NCBI GenBank assembly: GCA_951406725.2
Contig: OX597821.1
Location: forward strand, 95,480,001 to 95,544,000
DNA: 64,000 nucleotides
Reading direction: 5' to 3'
Source: Octopus vulgaris
Taxonomy: Eukaryota
Shown in pieces: positions 26,866 to 41,053 of the stretch. Below the pieces are notes generated by a model that did no database searches, was not told the origin of the DNA, and saw only the letters and a program-made list of their open reading frames with translations. A program made the translations under genes and the position numbers. The stretch's first letter is position 1. Every line of letters begins with the position of its first letter.

Positions 26866-29362
26866 CAATAACCTTGTTAACTTCAAATTCTGTACTCAGT
26901 TGTATGCTGACTGTTAAGTGTAGAGGAAGAGCAACCAGTGACTCTTACCCAGGATACAGACAACACAACGGAGAAAATGTAATGCACCTGCACTATCATA
27001 GTGCACCACATATTCAATAAACTAATTTTGAAGTACAGAGTGAGGTCCTCAACTAAACGGAGGTATGGTGTATCTGGAAAGCTGGATTAATAATAATAAT
27101 AATGAAATTATTGTGTACAATGCTCAGGTGCACCACAACTTGTCAGAAAGTGCGTATAAAGTACATGCAGTAATGTACAAATGTCTGGAAAGCGAACAAT
27201 GTATGAGTCAGATACATGCTTGTGTGTGTATGGAGGGGAGAAAATCAGGTATAGTGTTGGCGAATCTCAGAAAGCATGGAAGTTTTGAAGGATGCAGTAC
27301 TCCGACAACTAAGAACTGATACCGGCAGTTTGTTCCATGCTTCAGCAGCTTTCAGCGTGAAAAAATGTTTCCGAAAGTCATGAGAGCTATGCTGCTTTCT
27401 GACTTTGTAAATATGTCCACGGGTGTTAGATGGGTGGAGATTGAAAAGGTGCTCAGAGTTATTGTTTGTTGATAATTTTATGGGTGTCTGCCAAGTCAGC
27501 TGCCAGACGTTGGAGTTTCAATGTGTCCATGCCCAGGGAAGTAAGGCGTTCAGAATATGGCAAATGCTTGATGGAGGGTATTCTATTGGTTGCACATCAC
27601 TGAACGGCTTCCAGGCGATTGATATCCAGACGATTGATTCATGGATTACATCTACTTGTCCAGCAATCAGTCAGCTCCATTAGAGATGACCAGAGATATA
27701 CAACTGAAGTAAATTGTGTTCAGTCGTGCTTGTTATTACAACAAGAGTAACAATGACTGTATGGTCAAAAGTCTAGCAGTAACTTCATAGCTTCTGTACT
27801 TCTATAACTATTGAACTTAAGATAACAGAATAATTTGTTTGCCTTTCGTAGAAGAGTGGTGCTGCAAAGGAATGAAAGATGGGCAGTGAAGAAAACAGGA
27901 AACGATGAACTGAGAGAGAGGGTAAGAGTGGATCTAGTTGTGTGTAACCTACCAGAATGGGTGAAAAGTGGACTAGTGTGGGAAGTGAAAGTGAAAATAG
28001 ACAAAAAATTACAGGAACATTTGAAGCATTGTCTGATAAACAACTATACTGATATGGAAATGAGACAAAAATGAATGATGCATGATACACAGATAATAAC
28101 AGACAATATCAGAAGTTATTTATCATTAAACAATGCAGATATTTGTACATCAAAACTGAAAATGAATTGTCTAAACCTATAGCATGTCTGAAATGTGACA
28201 AAATGAATGCTAAAATGTGAAACAAAGAAATCAAAACAAACTACACAGATATAGTACAAACAGAAAGGTAATCCTTGCATTTTGATGGACATATCAATCA
28301 GAAAGTCATTACTATTGACACAAAGATCACAAAACAAAAATAGGTAAAATGAATGAACACAACACAAGAGTAAAAATCAGTACCAACAATAGTTGGTGTT
28401 CTGAGTAGAACATGAATATAAGCATAAAGACCAAACCAGAATTTACAACTTCATACACAACCCGCAAAACATTAGTCCATACAGTATACATGACATTTTT
28501 AATTCATTAACTTACAGCATACAAACACACAGTACGTTCTACATGACCATCTCCCAACTCACACAGCATTTATTTTACTCAATCACTTCCTGATTCTATA
28601 ACACAACTTACACAATATATTTTCTATACAATTACATCTATCTTTGTTCATTATAGGGGGTTTGGTTCTGAAAACCACAGTGGTGTATGAATCATTTCTA
28701 CACAAACGGAATGAATGGTAGATTCATTGATGCCAAACTTACAGCCCACAGCTACAAAGCTTTCACTGTTACATATTTTCCTAATCATCTCATGCCGGTG
28801 GCACGTAAAAAGCACCATCCGTTTGTGGCCGTTGCCAGCCTCGCCTGGCCCTTGTGCCGGTGGCACATAAAAAGCATCATCTGATCATGGCTGTTTGCCA
28901 GACTGGTCTGGCACGTAAAAAGCACCCACTACACTCATGGAGTGGTTGGCATTAGGAAGGGCATCCATCCGTAGAAACATTGCCAGATCAGACTGGGCCT
29001 GGTGCTGCCTTCTGGCTTCCCAGACCCCAGTTGAACTGTCCAACCCATGCTAGCATGGAAAGCGGACGCTAAACTATGATGATCTCTACCTTTTCCAGTT
29101 TGTGTCATTTGTTAGGATCAAGCACCTTTGTATTTTTGCTGTTCACTGGTGACATGTTGATGGGTAGGTTATGATTATATAAATCCATACTAAAAAAAAA
29201 AATGCAACCTCCAGTACATTCAAGTAAACCCAAGCAATAGTCAGTGCATTCTAGGTAATTAGGCATTAGAGATGGTCAATGAGGAGTGTATTTTTGTGTG
29301 TGGTGCAAACAGAATCTGTTCACTAACTTATGTTATCACAGTTCAATCTGTGATAAGCATAA

Positions 29363-29861
29363 TCTCTCTTTATATAAACAGCAGTTTGTCTGTCTGTGTG
29401 TCTGTCAGGTTGTACCCTCACCACGGCTTTCAACCGATTCTGATGAAACTTGACACACACATAGCCCAATGTCATAATTCACAACTAACGCAGCGAAAAT
29501 TTCGAAAAGTTCCCCCAGTTCTGAAAAATATCGATAAATTCGACATGGGGTCGAGAATCTAAGCTTTTTATTTGCAACACATTTTCTGTTGTAGTTTTCG
29601 CAACTTGCAATCGATTTTCACCAAACTCATGGTGAAGCTTAATGTTACCCTAAGAAACTTAATTCTGACGTTAGTTTTCCATGCAATACCTTACCATCAG
29701 AAAAAATCAATAAAATCATGCCATTTTGGGAAATCGCGTTCAATTTCAAGATGACATATTTTCGACAATATCTTTAATAAATTGGCAGGAATTTAAAAAA
29801 AATTCACAGCGAGCATCATGTCTGTTCCAGGGGCTCTTACATACCCGGGCAATGCTGCTAG
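29363..29861 (+). mobile_element. Non-autonomous Helitron, second family
   Basis: a|TC...CTAG|t termini, tatataa and (tgtc)n near 5' end, remnant hairpin cccgggcaatgc. Confidence 0.7.
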
Positions 29862-30145
29862 TTTGGTATACAATATTATCCTGGATCAGTGATGAATGAA
29901 TCAGTAAACAAGGATAGACATAACCCCCACTGCTACAACCATACCTTAAACACAAAACAACAAAATACAAGAAACAACAAACAAATTCACAATATAGCAA
30001 ATTAAATGTAACACAAAAACCTTCTCACACACGTAAAGTTAATAATTTGCACACACCCCCGCCACCAAATAATGAAGGTGTATCATGGTACATGAAAAAC
30101 TTGCATCAAACACTGAAGAACATACAATAATTATGTCATACGGAC

Positions 30146-30271
30146 CCAAGTTAGACTGTGTGTGTGGATTAATGTACAAGTCTTTGCTCCACTCCACCAT
30201 ACAACGTAGTATCGATACCAAACACTCAAGTCCCTTAATGCGCATACTTTTCTCTTGATTGGGTGTGGCCC
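30146..30271 (-). CDS. ARFGEF1: BIG exon: (G)[41 protein letters not shown]
   Basis: cag| acceptor; the in-frame donor is a weak |gtccgt; 126 nt, phase 1-1. Confidence 0.88.
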
Positions 30272-30429
30272 CTGTAATACAGAAACAAATCATCTAGTAA
30301 ATAAACAAATAAGTAATATAAAATACAGGATTATTGAAAATGAATGGGACAAAAGCTAAACATAGATGTGAGTGTTGTAATGAATATATTGCAAAAATAC
30401 AGATACGACATGAAAGGTTAACTCTTCTA

Positions 30430-30865
30430 GATTCTACTGATAGTCAGGTCACAGATGTTCAATGTGGGTACCCTTTGTCACACAGCAGGTGTCTACACAA
30501 TGGTCGAATTCTTGCCACACCCATGCCAGCATAGCCTGATGATTTGAATCCTCTAAGTCGTATGGAGGTGAGGGTATGAAGACCTTGTCTTTCAGATATA
30601 CCCAAAAAAAAGTTGCAAGGCATTAGGCTGGGGGTGAGGGACCAGGAGTTGGGGCAGACCATCAATGGCAAATCATTCATCCCTCAACAGTCAATCAAGA
30701 TTTCTGGAAGATGCTGGTTGAAGTAATCATGTATTTGTCTACATCAATGTGGCGAGGCTTTGCCTTGCTGCATAATTAAGTCAGGCATGTCTCCTTCCAA
30801 CCAGAGCAACAACCAAATGGACAGTATGCTGAGGTAGATGTACCCTTTTTGAATTACCCTGTATT
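30430..30865 (-). mobile_element. Degenerate Tc1/mariner-like remnant
   Basis: tacagggt-type terminus near 30860 and a PNSWSLTP..NFFLG peptide resembling transposase WP..SPDL.P.DFFLWG. Confidence 0.4.
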
Positions 30866-32520
30866 TCTAAAAAGTGACTCATGATGTAATTTAAGAAGCA
30901 TCCCACAGCAAAGTGGATGAAGCCAGTAAAATAAAAAAAATTTTAAAAACTCAAAAAGAAAAGTTTTTTTAAAAAAACTTAATTGATTCTGGAAAAATTA
31001 TAATTGGGGAAAATATTAAATGTAATTTGTGGTCATCATTATCATTTTAAAATTCACTTTTCCATGCTTGCACAGATTTCCATGGAATTTGGTGAGGCAC
31101 ATTTTCTACAACCTGATGTCCTTCATGTTACCAATCCTCACCTATTTCCAAGCAAGGCAATTTTCCCTCATGGCCAGACATGTTTTCATGGAAGATTGCA
31201 AAAGAACAAAAAAAGAACATGATTTGTATGATGGTGACATTTGTTAACAACTATTGCATGACAATGAGACAATAATACATACACATCCTCATGCACATAC
31301 ATACACACATACATACAGAGGCTTCTTTCAGTTTCTGTCTAGGAGACCCTACACAAAGCTTTGGCCAGCCCAGGGCTATAGTAGAAAACACTTGCCCAAG
31401 GGGCCATGAAGTAGAAACGAAACCAAAACCACACAGCAGGGAAAAAAGGTTGTATTGAGAGCAAGAGTTTGATGGATGAGACCCAGTAGAGATGAGGAAA
31501 CAACAAAAAGCAGTTGTATCACTCTAAAAATCATCATCATTGTAACCATTAACCCTTTAGCATTCATATTATACTGTCAAATTTAATCTGTATTTATTCA
31601 CATTGTTTTGAATTAATCATACTTTTTCTTGTGTCATTAATATTTCAATGATGTAATTGTTTATTTTTGAGAATGACATTGTAGGGTAGGTGTGAGAGAC
31701 CAGATCAAATTTAATCCTTATTTATCCACCTTGTTTTGAATTAATCGTGCATTACCTTGCATCTTTGAGATTTCAGTCAGTGATGTAATTGTTTATTTTT
31801 AGAATGACATTGTAAGTTAGGTGTGAGAGGCATGATCCGGTCCAGTCTGAACATAAAACCAGCAGAATGTTTAGGCCAACATGATCAGTTTAAATGCTAG
31901 AGGGTTAAACCTTTTGATGAATATGCAAATATCATGTTAGAAAGATCTAATGTTTCTTATTTAATAAGAGGCCAGAATTATTAGCAAACTGGACAAAATG
32001 CTTAGTGACATTTTGTCCCACTTTACGTATCTGAGTTCAAATCCTGTTAAGATCAACTTGGCCTTTCATCATTTTAGCGTTGAAAAAGTAAAACACCAAC
32101 CAGGTACTGGCATTGATGTAATCAACTAACCTCTTCCACCCAAACAGCAAGCTTTGTGCCTATATAATAGTTATAAGAAGGCAGTAGATTTTGTGGACTT
32201 GTTAGTGCATTGGATGAAATGCCTTGTGATACTTAGTTACAGCTTTTGACATTCTGAGTTCAAATCCCAACAAAGTCGTCTTTGCCTTTCATACTTTTGG
32301 GTTCAATAACACATAGTAGTCAAGTACTGGAGTTGACAGCTAATCCCCAAATGCTACACAAAAAAAAAAATGCTGGGATTTTGTGCCTATATAAGGAATT
32401 ATTTTGAGAAGACAAGCATCACACCCAGGATCATGCTTATGTAAGACGACATCGTTATTATTTTTATTACTGAAACACAAACAAAATATAGAGGTTAGAA
32501 ACTGAAGGAAGTCAACTCAC

Positions 32521-32643
32521 CAAGTTCAAGAGCTTGCCGGCCTTGCGCAATCTTTGACAAATCATTGATTAAACGTTCAAATATGTTTGCCAAAGCAAGA
32601 TCACAGTCATAATTTAAATAGATGTCCACCACACACTGGGCAT
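32521..32643 (-). CDS. ARFGEF1: BIG exon with HUS box: (D)[40 protein letters not shown]
   Basis: cag| and |gtgagt, 123 nt, phase 1-1. Confidence 0.96.
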
Positions 32644-32779
32644 CTGAAAAGAGAAATTACATTTCGTATTAACTTTATTTATTTATTTGGTAAAGAATAC
32701 CATGCAAGGAAAATCATGACAACAACTAGAAAGCTGAAAATATATCCCCTAGTCCCCTAATTTTAAGTTCTTATCAAAG

Positions 32780-33156
32780 AAGAGAATTAATGCATTCGAG
32801 CTTTGGTGTTGGAGAAGACTTTTACGGATTCCATGGACAGTGAGGCTCACCAATGGAGAAGTTCTTAAGCAGATAAGGCCGAAAATGTCGCTAGAAGCTA
32901 GGATCACCAAGCATAGATTGGCATATTTCAGTCATATTATGCGGAGAAAATCCCTGGAGAAGGACATCATGCTCGGAATGGTCAGTGGCAAGAGAGGAAG
33001 AGGCCGACCAAGAACCCGCTGGCTTGGCACCATCAAGAGGGATACCAGAATGAACATAGCCAATCTGAAAGAAGTGGCCCAGGATAGAACTGACTGGAGG
33101 ACACTGATCCAACGAGTGACCGAGAGTCGACTTCGACTGAGCAGATAGATAGATAG
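32780..33156 (+). mobile_element. 5'-truncated RTE-clade LINE
   Basis: RINAFELWCWRRLLRIPW...RLAYFSHIMRR..GKRGRGRPRTRW; (AGAT)n tail; target duplication atcaaag. Confidence 0.9.
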
Positions 33157-34757
33157 ATCAAAGGTAGGTAGTAACTAGAAGACTCAGGTGAAGGTGAATA
33201 CTTGTGAGATTTTGTGTTACTTTTTCTAATTATACATGAACCAATATCAGTGCAATTATGTAAAACAAACTAACAAAGGCCATTTTTTAAGAGAAAGTTT
33301 ATTTCCAATATTCAAAGTACATACATATATACATTTACACATGCTACAAGACTTTTGTTAGTTCGTTAGGTAATTGGTTAGACCTACCTTATTACAAAAT
33401 ATTATGACACCAATATTGTTTCAGTGTCAGTTCATTTTATGACTGATCACAACCACAAAAGCTTTTAGAAATATGAACCAAATCTCCATCAAATCACAAA
33501 GTATCTTAAAAAAAAATTTAATATGTCAGTGAAAAAAGAGATGATCATGAATGGAGCACCTTTGATCATACATATGCTCAATCAGAGGGATGAGCAAAGA
33601 CTGATAATGGCAGCAACCAGGTAGGTACAAGAGTGATATTTTTTAAACCCTTTTGTGACCCCGTTTCTCATGAATCACACTGATGCTGTCATCTTTTAAA
33701 ATAGGATTTTGAAAAGATTTAATAAAATATCTGACATTTTTCCTCAAGGCAGTGTTTGGAACGGATCTTAGCAAAAGTTTCTTAAGGATGACAACAGGGA
33801 GACCCTATGCATTGTTTGCCCTGCTAAAAATAGAAGCTCAAACTTCTTCAAATACTTGGAAGTACTTAATACCAGCCCTGTATGTTCTGAATGCAAATCC
33901 TGCCGAGGTTAACTTTTGTATTCCGTCCTTTTGGTTGTTGCCTTACTTGACAAACACAAATGTCTCCCAGTTTCTTGAAGCAATGAGAGCCGATGGTTGA
34001 TAGTCCAGAATGAATCTTCTTAGTGCTGCAAGTGATTTTAGGGCAGATTAGGTTGTAAGCTTCCAGTAGCTATAAAACTAGTGACCTCAGTTATTAAGGC
34101 CTTCAAAGACATAACTATGCCATACAAATTTTATACCTACTGAGAAATGTGATACACTTGTTATCATGCCAGATGCAAATCAAGAGAATATGAAAGTTGC
34201 AAGCAACTTATTTAGTCTAAGTGCACTAATGGCTGTGTGGTAAGTAGCTTGCTAACCAACCACATGGTTCCGGGTTCAGTCCCACTGCGTGGCATCTTGG
34301 GCAAGTGTCTTCTGCTATAGCCCCGGGCCGACCAATGCCTTGTGAGTGGATTTGGTAGACGGAAACTGAAAGAAGCCTGTCGTATATATGTCTATGTATG
34401 TGTGTGTCTATGTTTGTGTGTCTGTGTTTGTCCCTCTAGCATTGCTTGACAACCGATGCTGGTGTGTTTACGTCCCCGTCCCTTAGCGGTTCGGCAAAAA
34501 GAGACCGATAGAATAAGTACTGGGCTGACAAAGAATAAGTCCCGGGGTCGATTTGCTCGACTAAAGGCGGTGCTCCAGCATGGCCGCAGTCAAAATGACC
34601 GAAACAAGTAAAAGAGTAAGAGTATGTTGGAATAAAAAATGTGATGCTTGCAGTTGTAAAGTCTTTGACCAGAGATTTTCTCAATAACGACTAAGCTGGG
34701 GCCAAATAACAGCGACCTACTGAATGAAGTTAGCTCTTATATAAAGGAAGATCTTAC

Positions 34758-34857
34758 CAGCACATATTCTGGTTAGTGCTTGGATTACCATCCACTTGTG
34801 CTCGAATGAACTGCTAGTTGTTTCGAGAATGTACAGGAAGATTTCTTTAAAGAAGAC
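34758..34857 (-). CDS. ARFGEF1: BIG exon: [33 protein letters not shown]
   Basis: tag| and |gtaaga, 100 nt, phase 0-1. Confidence 0.95.
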
Positions 34858-35029
34858 CTAAAAGAAAGCAGAGTGAGTATAGTCATTTATAGTCATTTAT
34901 AGTATTGTGTTTAATATGTGTGGCTTGTATAGATGAGTATGTGAATTTGAACGTGGGCTAGCGTGTGTGTATGTGTGAGAGAGAAACAGAATGAACATGG
35001 GAGAGAAGGTATAAATCTGAGAAAGAGAG

Positions 35030-36100
35030 TGTAGGAACCTGAGTGTGTATGTGTGAGAGAGAGAGAGAGAGAGAGAGAATGTGTGTGTGTGTGTAGGAAC
35101 CTGAGAGAGGGGATAGTGTGTGTGTGTGTGTGTGTAGGAACCTGAGAGGGGGGATAGTGTGTGAGTGTGTGTGTGTAGGAACCTGAGAGGGGGGATAGTG
35201 TGTGAGTGTGTGTGTGTAGGAACCTGAGAGAGGGGATAGTGTGTGTGTGTGTGTGTGTGTAGGAACCTGAGAGGGGGGATAGTGTGTGAGTGTGTGTGTG
35301 TAGGAACCTGAGAGAGGGGATAGTGTGTGTGTGTGTGTGTGTAGGAACCTGAGAGAGGGGATAGTGTGTGTGTGTGTGTGTGTGTAGGAACCTGAGAGGG
35401 GGGATAGTGTGTGAGTGTGTGTGTGTGTAGGAACCTGAGAGGGGGGATAGTGTGTGAGTGTGTGTGTGTAGGAACCTGAGAGAGGGGATAGTGTGTGTGT
35501 GTGTAGGAACCTGAGAGGGGGGATAGTGTGTGAGTGTGTGTGTGTAGGAACCTGAGAGAGGGGATAGTGTGTGTGTGTGTGTGTAGGAACCTGAGAGGGG
35601 GGATAGTGTGTGAGTGTGTGTGTGTAGGAACCTGAGAGAGGGGATAGTGTGTGTGTGTGTGTGTAGGAACCTGAGAGGGGGGATAGTGTGTGAGTGTGTG
35701 TGTGTAGGAACCTGAGAGAGGGGATAGTGTGTGAGTGTGTGTGTGTGTAGGAACCTGAGAGAGGGGATAGTGTGTGTGTGAGTGTGTGTGTGTAGGAACC
35801 TGAGAGGGGGGATAGTGTGTGAGTGTGTGTGTGTGTAGGAACCTGAGAGGGGGGATAGTGTGTGAGTGTGTGTGTGTAGGAACCTGAGAGAGGGGATAGT
35901 GTGTGTGTGTGTAGGAACCTGAGAGGGGGGATAGTGTGTGAGTGTGTGTGTGTAGGAACCTGAGAGAGGGGATAGTGTGTGTGTGTGTGTGTGTGTGTAG
36001 GAACCTGAGAGGGGGGATAGTGTGTGTGTGTAGGAACCTGAGAGGGAGGATAGTGTGTGTGTGTAGGAACCTGAGAGGGAGGATAGTGTGTGAGTGTGTG
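35030..36100. repeat. Minisatellite, ~25 units of ~33-46 bp: gtaggaacctgagag(a/g)ggggatag(tg)n
   Basis: Constant core with variable (TG)n; two interspersed core variants. Confidence 0.97.
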
Positions 36101-38551
36101 TGCAAACATGAGTATAATAGAAAGTGTGTGTATGAATGTCAGTGAGAGGGTGTATGCGAATGAAGGTGTGTGAGAGTGTGAACATGGGTTACAAGAGAAT
36201 GTGACATTGAATATAGGCAGTGTGTGTGCACATTATCCCACATAAACCAAATGGAAATAAATTAATGAAGAACATTGAGAAAAATAAAACTTCTGTCAGT
36301 TGCTATGTTCCCCGATATTAAAATGAAAATATCAGCTTCAGTTATGCAGACCTTCAATATAAATTTTTAAGCTTCGATAATAAATCTATTGAAAGCAAAA
36401 TCAGCAAACATAAACTAGGTACAGGAATGCCTGTGCGGTTGAGAAGCTTGCTTCTCACATGTGTGCTTTTGGGTTCAGTTCCATTTTACAGTACCTTGGA
36501 CTATTTCCACTCATATGTATATGTTTACAGTCAGAGTTCAAATCCCCTCAAAGGAAGCTTTCATTACTATGGCGAGCTGGCAGAATTGTTAGTATGTCAG
36601 GTGAAATGCTTAGCAGTATTTCATTTGCCACGATGTTCTGAGTTCAAATTCCACCAAGGTCGACTTTGCCTTTCATCCTTTTGGGATCAATAAATTAAGT
36701 ACCAGTTGAGTACTGGGAGTCAATGTGATCACTTGTTCCCCTCTCCACAAAATCTAGGCCTTGTGCCTATAGTAGAAAGGACTATTATGGGGGCTAGCTG
36801 AATTGCTAAGTACTAAAGTTGATAAAACTAATTAAAGTACCTTCTAGCATAGCCCCAAGCTGACCAAACCACTGTGAGTGGATTTGGTAGATAGAAACTG
36901 AAAAAGTCCCTCATATGTATATGTGTGTGCACACGTGTATAGACATCATGTGATGGTTATACATGAGCATCAGCATCAAACAAGCTAGGTTGTTTGTTTC
37001 CAGTCTCCAGTGTAAAATGTGTCAAGCTAGGGGAAAATATTACCTTGCATGGAAACAGGTGAAGGTTGGCGACAAGAAGGACATTTGGCTGTAGAAAATT
37101 TGCCTCAATCTAATCCATGCAAAGCTTGGAAAAATGGGTGTGAAAATGATGGTGAAGAAACTAAGTCCACCTAGTATATTTCTGTTACAATTTCCACTTC
37201 AAACAATGGACATACCAAGTCATACTCTTCAGTAAACTGGACCGAAGAAACCCAAATGATCACAATTTGCATCACGTAGCCAATCATTAAAGCATGGTCC
37301 TGTTGTTTCCAATATTTGAGTAACTAATTATAATGCCACTGGTTTGAGTGTAGAGCTGACCAACCTAATACATCAACCATTGGTTTCCTTGATAACATCA
37401 CTTGTTTACTATAAGCTTCACAATGCAAAGATACAGTCTGAATAACATTATCTATTCCTATCATTTATAGCCTTCTCACAAGACTATTTCCACTCAATGT
37501 ATGCGTACAATTTATGTATATGACTGAAGTCAGATATAATTTAGTTAGCTTCTAACAACTTGTGTCTAAACTGGAAATAATTATCTGTGAGAAAAACATA
37601 TATACTCATGTGCCTTAGACATTTCAGTGTTTGGAACAAGCAAAGATCAACATCATCGTCATCATTTAATGTCCATTTTCCATGCAGGCATGGGCTGGAC
37701 AGTTTCACAGGAGCTGGCAAGCCAGAGGGCTGCACCAGGCTCTAGTCATCTGTTTTGGTATGGTTTCTACAGCTGGTTGTCCTTCCTAACACTAACCACT
37801 TTACAGAGCTTTTTACATGGCACCAACATGTGCGCTTTTTATGTGGCACTGGCAAGATGCTTTTTACATAGTACCAGCACAGGTGCTTTTTATGTGGCTC
37901 AGGCATAGGTGTTTCCTATGTGGAACCAGCACGAGTGCTTTTTATGTGGTGGCATTGGTACGGGTGCTTTTATCGTATTTTACAAGTAATAGACAGCAGA
38001 ATTAGTACAGCAGCAGACAAATGCCTTGTAGCAAATAACCATATCTCTTTACAGTCAGAGTTCAAATCCCCTCAAAGGAAGCTTTCATTATTATGGCGAG
38101 CTGGCAGAATTGTTAGTACGTCAGGTGAAATGCTTAGCAGTATTTCATTTGCCACGATGTTCTGAGTTCAAATTCCACCAAGGTCGACTTTGCCTTTCAT
38201 CCTTTTGGGATCAATAAATTAAGTACCAGTTGAGTACTGGGGTCAATGTGATCACTTGTTCCCCTCTCCACAAGATCTAGGCCTTGTGCCTTTAGTAGAA
38301 AGGACTATTATGGGAGCTAGCTGAATTGCTGAAATAAGTATCACCTAAGTACTAAAGTTGATAAAACTAATTAAAGCTTCCTCTAAAATCTGTGTCTTTG
38401 TGCTTGTAAAATATGTTTGCTCAACTAATAATCAAACAGAGAACATTTTAAAAGTATGTTACTAACAACTTGTACAAGAAATGAATTAACAGATAGAACT
38501 ATTTTGCAGTGAAAATTATACAGAAAAGGATGAATGATATGAAGCAGGCTA

Positions 38552-38869
<318 letters not shown>

Positions 38870-39719
38870 TCATAGTATCATAATTTTGAAATATCTATAA
38901 AACCATCAAAATCTTGTTTATCTTTATGCTTTTTGATTTATTATATATATATATATATATATCATCATCATCATTTAACGTCTGTTTTCCGCGCTAGCAT
39001 GGATTGGACGGTTCAACCGGGGTCTGGGAAGCCAGGGGCTGCACCAGGCTCCAGTCTGATCTGGCAGTGTTTCTACAGCTGGATGCCTTTCCTTACGCCA
39101 ACCACTCCGCGAGTGTAGTGGGTGCTTTTAACGTGCCACTGGCACGGAAATTTATTATATATATATCTCACAGATTACCACTTACCATCCATGTTCCATG
39201 CTAACATGGGTAAGATAGTTTGACAGAATTTGACAGATTCAAAGTCTGCATTGCATTCCAATGTTCGTTAATTATCATTATTAATATATGATTATATTTC
39301 ATATATAATATGATTCACCTCATCACCTACCAATCAGGTCAATATACAAGCTAGATAGAATGCATAGTCACCAGGAAACAGGGAAAAAAGATGATGGCAA
39401 ATGAGAAGTCTTTCTATAACAAAGATGACAGTTAAGGATCCATTGACCAATGTTTATGTTATGAACACAGACACCACATACATAATATCCGAGATATTCT
39501 ATTACCTGTCTCAGTCATTTGATTGTGGCCAAGCTGGAGCACTGCCTTTTAGTCAAAGAAATCAATCCCTGGACTTATTCTTTGTAAGCCGAGTGCTTAT
39601 TCTATTGGTCTCTTCTACTGAACCACTAAGTGATGGGAACATAAGCACACTAACATTGGTTGTCAAGCGATGGTGTGGGGGACAAACAATAGATACATAT
39701 ATATATATATATATGCACA

Positions 39720-39756
<37 letters not shown>

Positions 39757-40059
39757 TCAAAGGGCTCTTTCAGTTTTCGTCTACCAAATCCACTCACAAG
39801 GTGCCTGAGGCTATAGTAGAAGACACCTGTATAAGGTACTTAGCAGCAGGACTGAAACTGGAACCATGTGGTTGGGAAGCAAGCTTCATCATCATTGAAC
39901 ATCTGTTGTCCATGCTGGCATGGGTCAGACAATTTGACCAAAGCTGACAAGCTAGTGGGCTGCATCAGACTCCAGTCTGATTTGGCATGGTTTCTATGGT
40001 TGGATGCCCTTCCTAATGTCAACCACTTTACAGAGTGTGGTTTTTTATGTGGTACCACA

Positions 40060-40410
40060 TGACATGCATAAGATCTGGTCATCAAATCTAAGTAGAGACT
40101 TCAAACTTGAAATCTTCAAAGCCACAGTCGAACAAATTCTACTATATGGCTCAGAAACCTGGACGTTATCAAAGAAGCTTGAGAGGTGGTTGGATGGAAC
40201 CTACACTCGCCTCCTTATGAGAGCTCAAAATCTCTCGTGGAAGTGCCATCCAACTAAAATGCAAATATATGGGAAACTACCACCTGTGTCATCTCCAGGG
40301 ATACAGGCATCCAGCAACAGGACCTCCGTAATGCCATGATGGACCGTGAAGTCTGGCGTAGCATGGTAAATTCCATTGTCTCGACCACGGTCGAACAATG
40401 ATGATGACAT
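40060..40410 (+). mobile_element. Internally deleted RTE/RTEX-like LINE fragment nested in another repeat
   Basis: KIWSSNLSRDFKLEIFKATVEQILLYGSETWTL..LDGTYTRLL; (TGA)n tail; flanking atgacatg repeat. Confidence 0.8.
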
Positions 40411-40884
40411 GGGTGCTTTTACATGACACCACATAGGTGTTTTTATGTGGCACTGCACGGGCGCTTTTATGTGGTACAGGTGCTTTTACATGGCACTGCC
40501 ATGAGTGCTTTTCACCACTAGAGAGACTGGTCTTAACACTTGTGCTACAGAGTACGGGTCTTCTTGAGTACACAAGTCTACAATATTTCAAAATATACAT
40601 CTATTGAACTATTTGCCAGTGCCGCCTGACTGCCTCCCTCCATGCTGGTGGCATGTAAAAAGCACCCACTACACTCTCGGAGTGGTTGGCGTTAGGAAGG
40701 GCATCCAGCTGTAGAAACTCTGCCAAATTAAGATTGGAGCCTGGTGCAGCCATCTGGCTTGCCAGCCCTCAGTCAAAGTCATCCAACCCATGCTAGCATG
40801 GAAAGCGGACGTTAAACGATGATGAGGAGGAGGAGGAACTATCATATATTTACAAGTCTACCTCTTATTGAAAGAAAAACTCAC

Positions 40885-41053
40885 TTGGGATCTGGTGGCC
40901 CCTCAGAAAGGGGTTTCATGGAAAGTTTACACAGGCTGCGAAACACGAGGAAAGCATCTTTCTGTAGAATGTGAGCAAATGCACCTGCAGCAGGCTCTGC
41001 TCCATCTGCACAATTGTCAAGGTTGTCATCTGATATGCGGTGACTTGTTGAAC
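40885..41053 (-). CDS. ARFGEF1: BIG exon: (G)[55 protein letters not shown]
   Basis: tag| and |gtgagt, 169 nt, phase 1-2. Confidence 0.95.

Noticed and set aside
28650-28790. Tigger/pogo helix-turn-helix-like peptide (SFVAVGCKFGINESTI)
   Set aside because: Too short and degenerate to delimit as a feature; probably an old transposon scrap.
29438-29452. ctgatgaaac hammerhead-like core
   Set aside because: No stem II between CUGAUGA and GAAA; it lies inside a Helitron.
35030-36100. CRISPR-like constant repeat with spacers
   Set aside because: The spacers are only (TG)n of varying length; eukaryotic intron and no cas genes.
34897-36185. Three 380-420 aa ORFs on the minus strand
   Set aside because: All three frames are open only because the minisatellite lacks stop codons; the peptides are HT/LSP repeats inside an intron.
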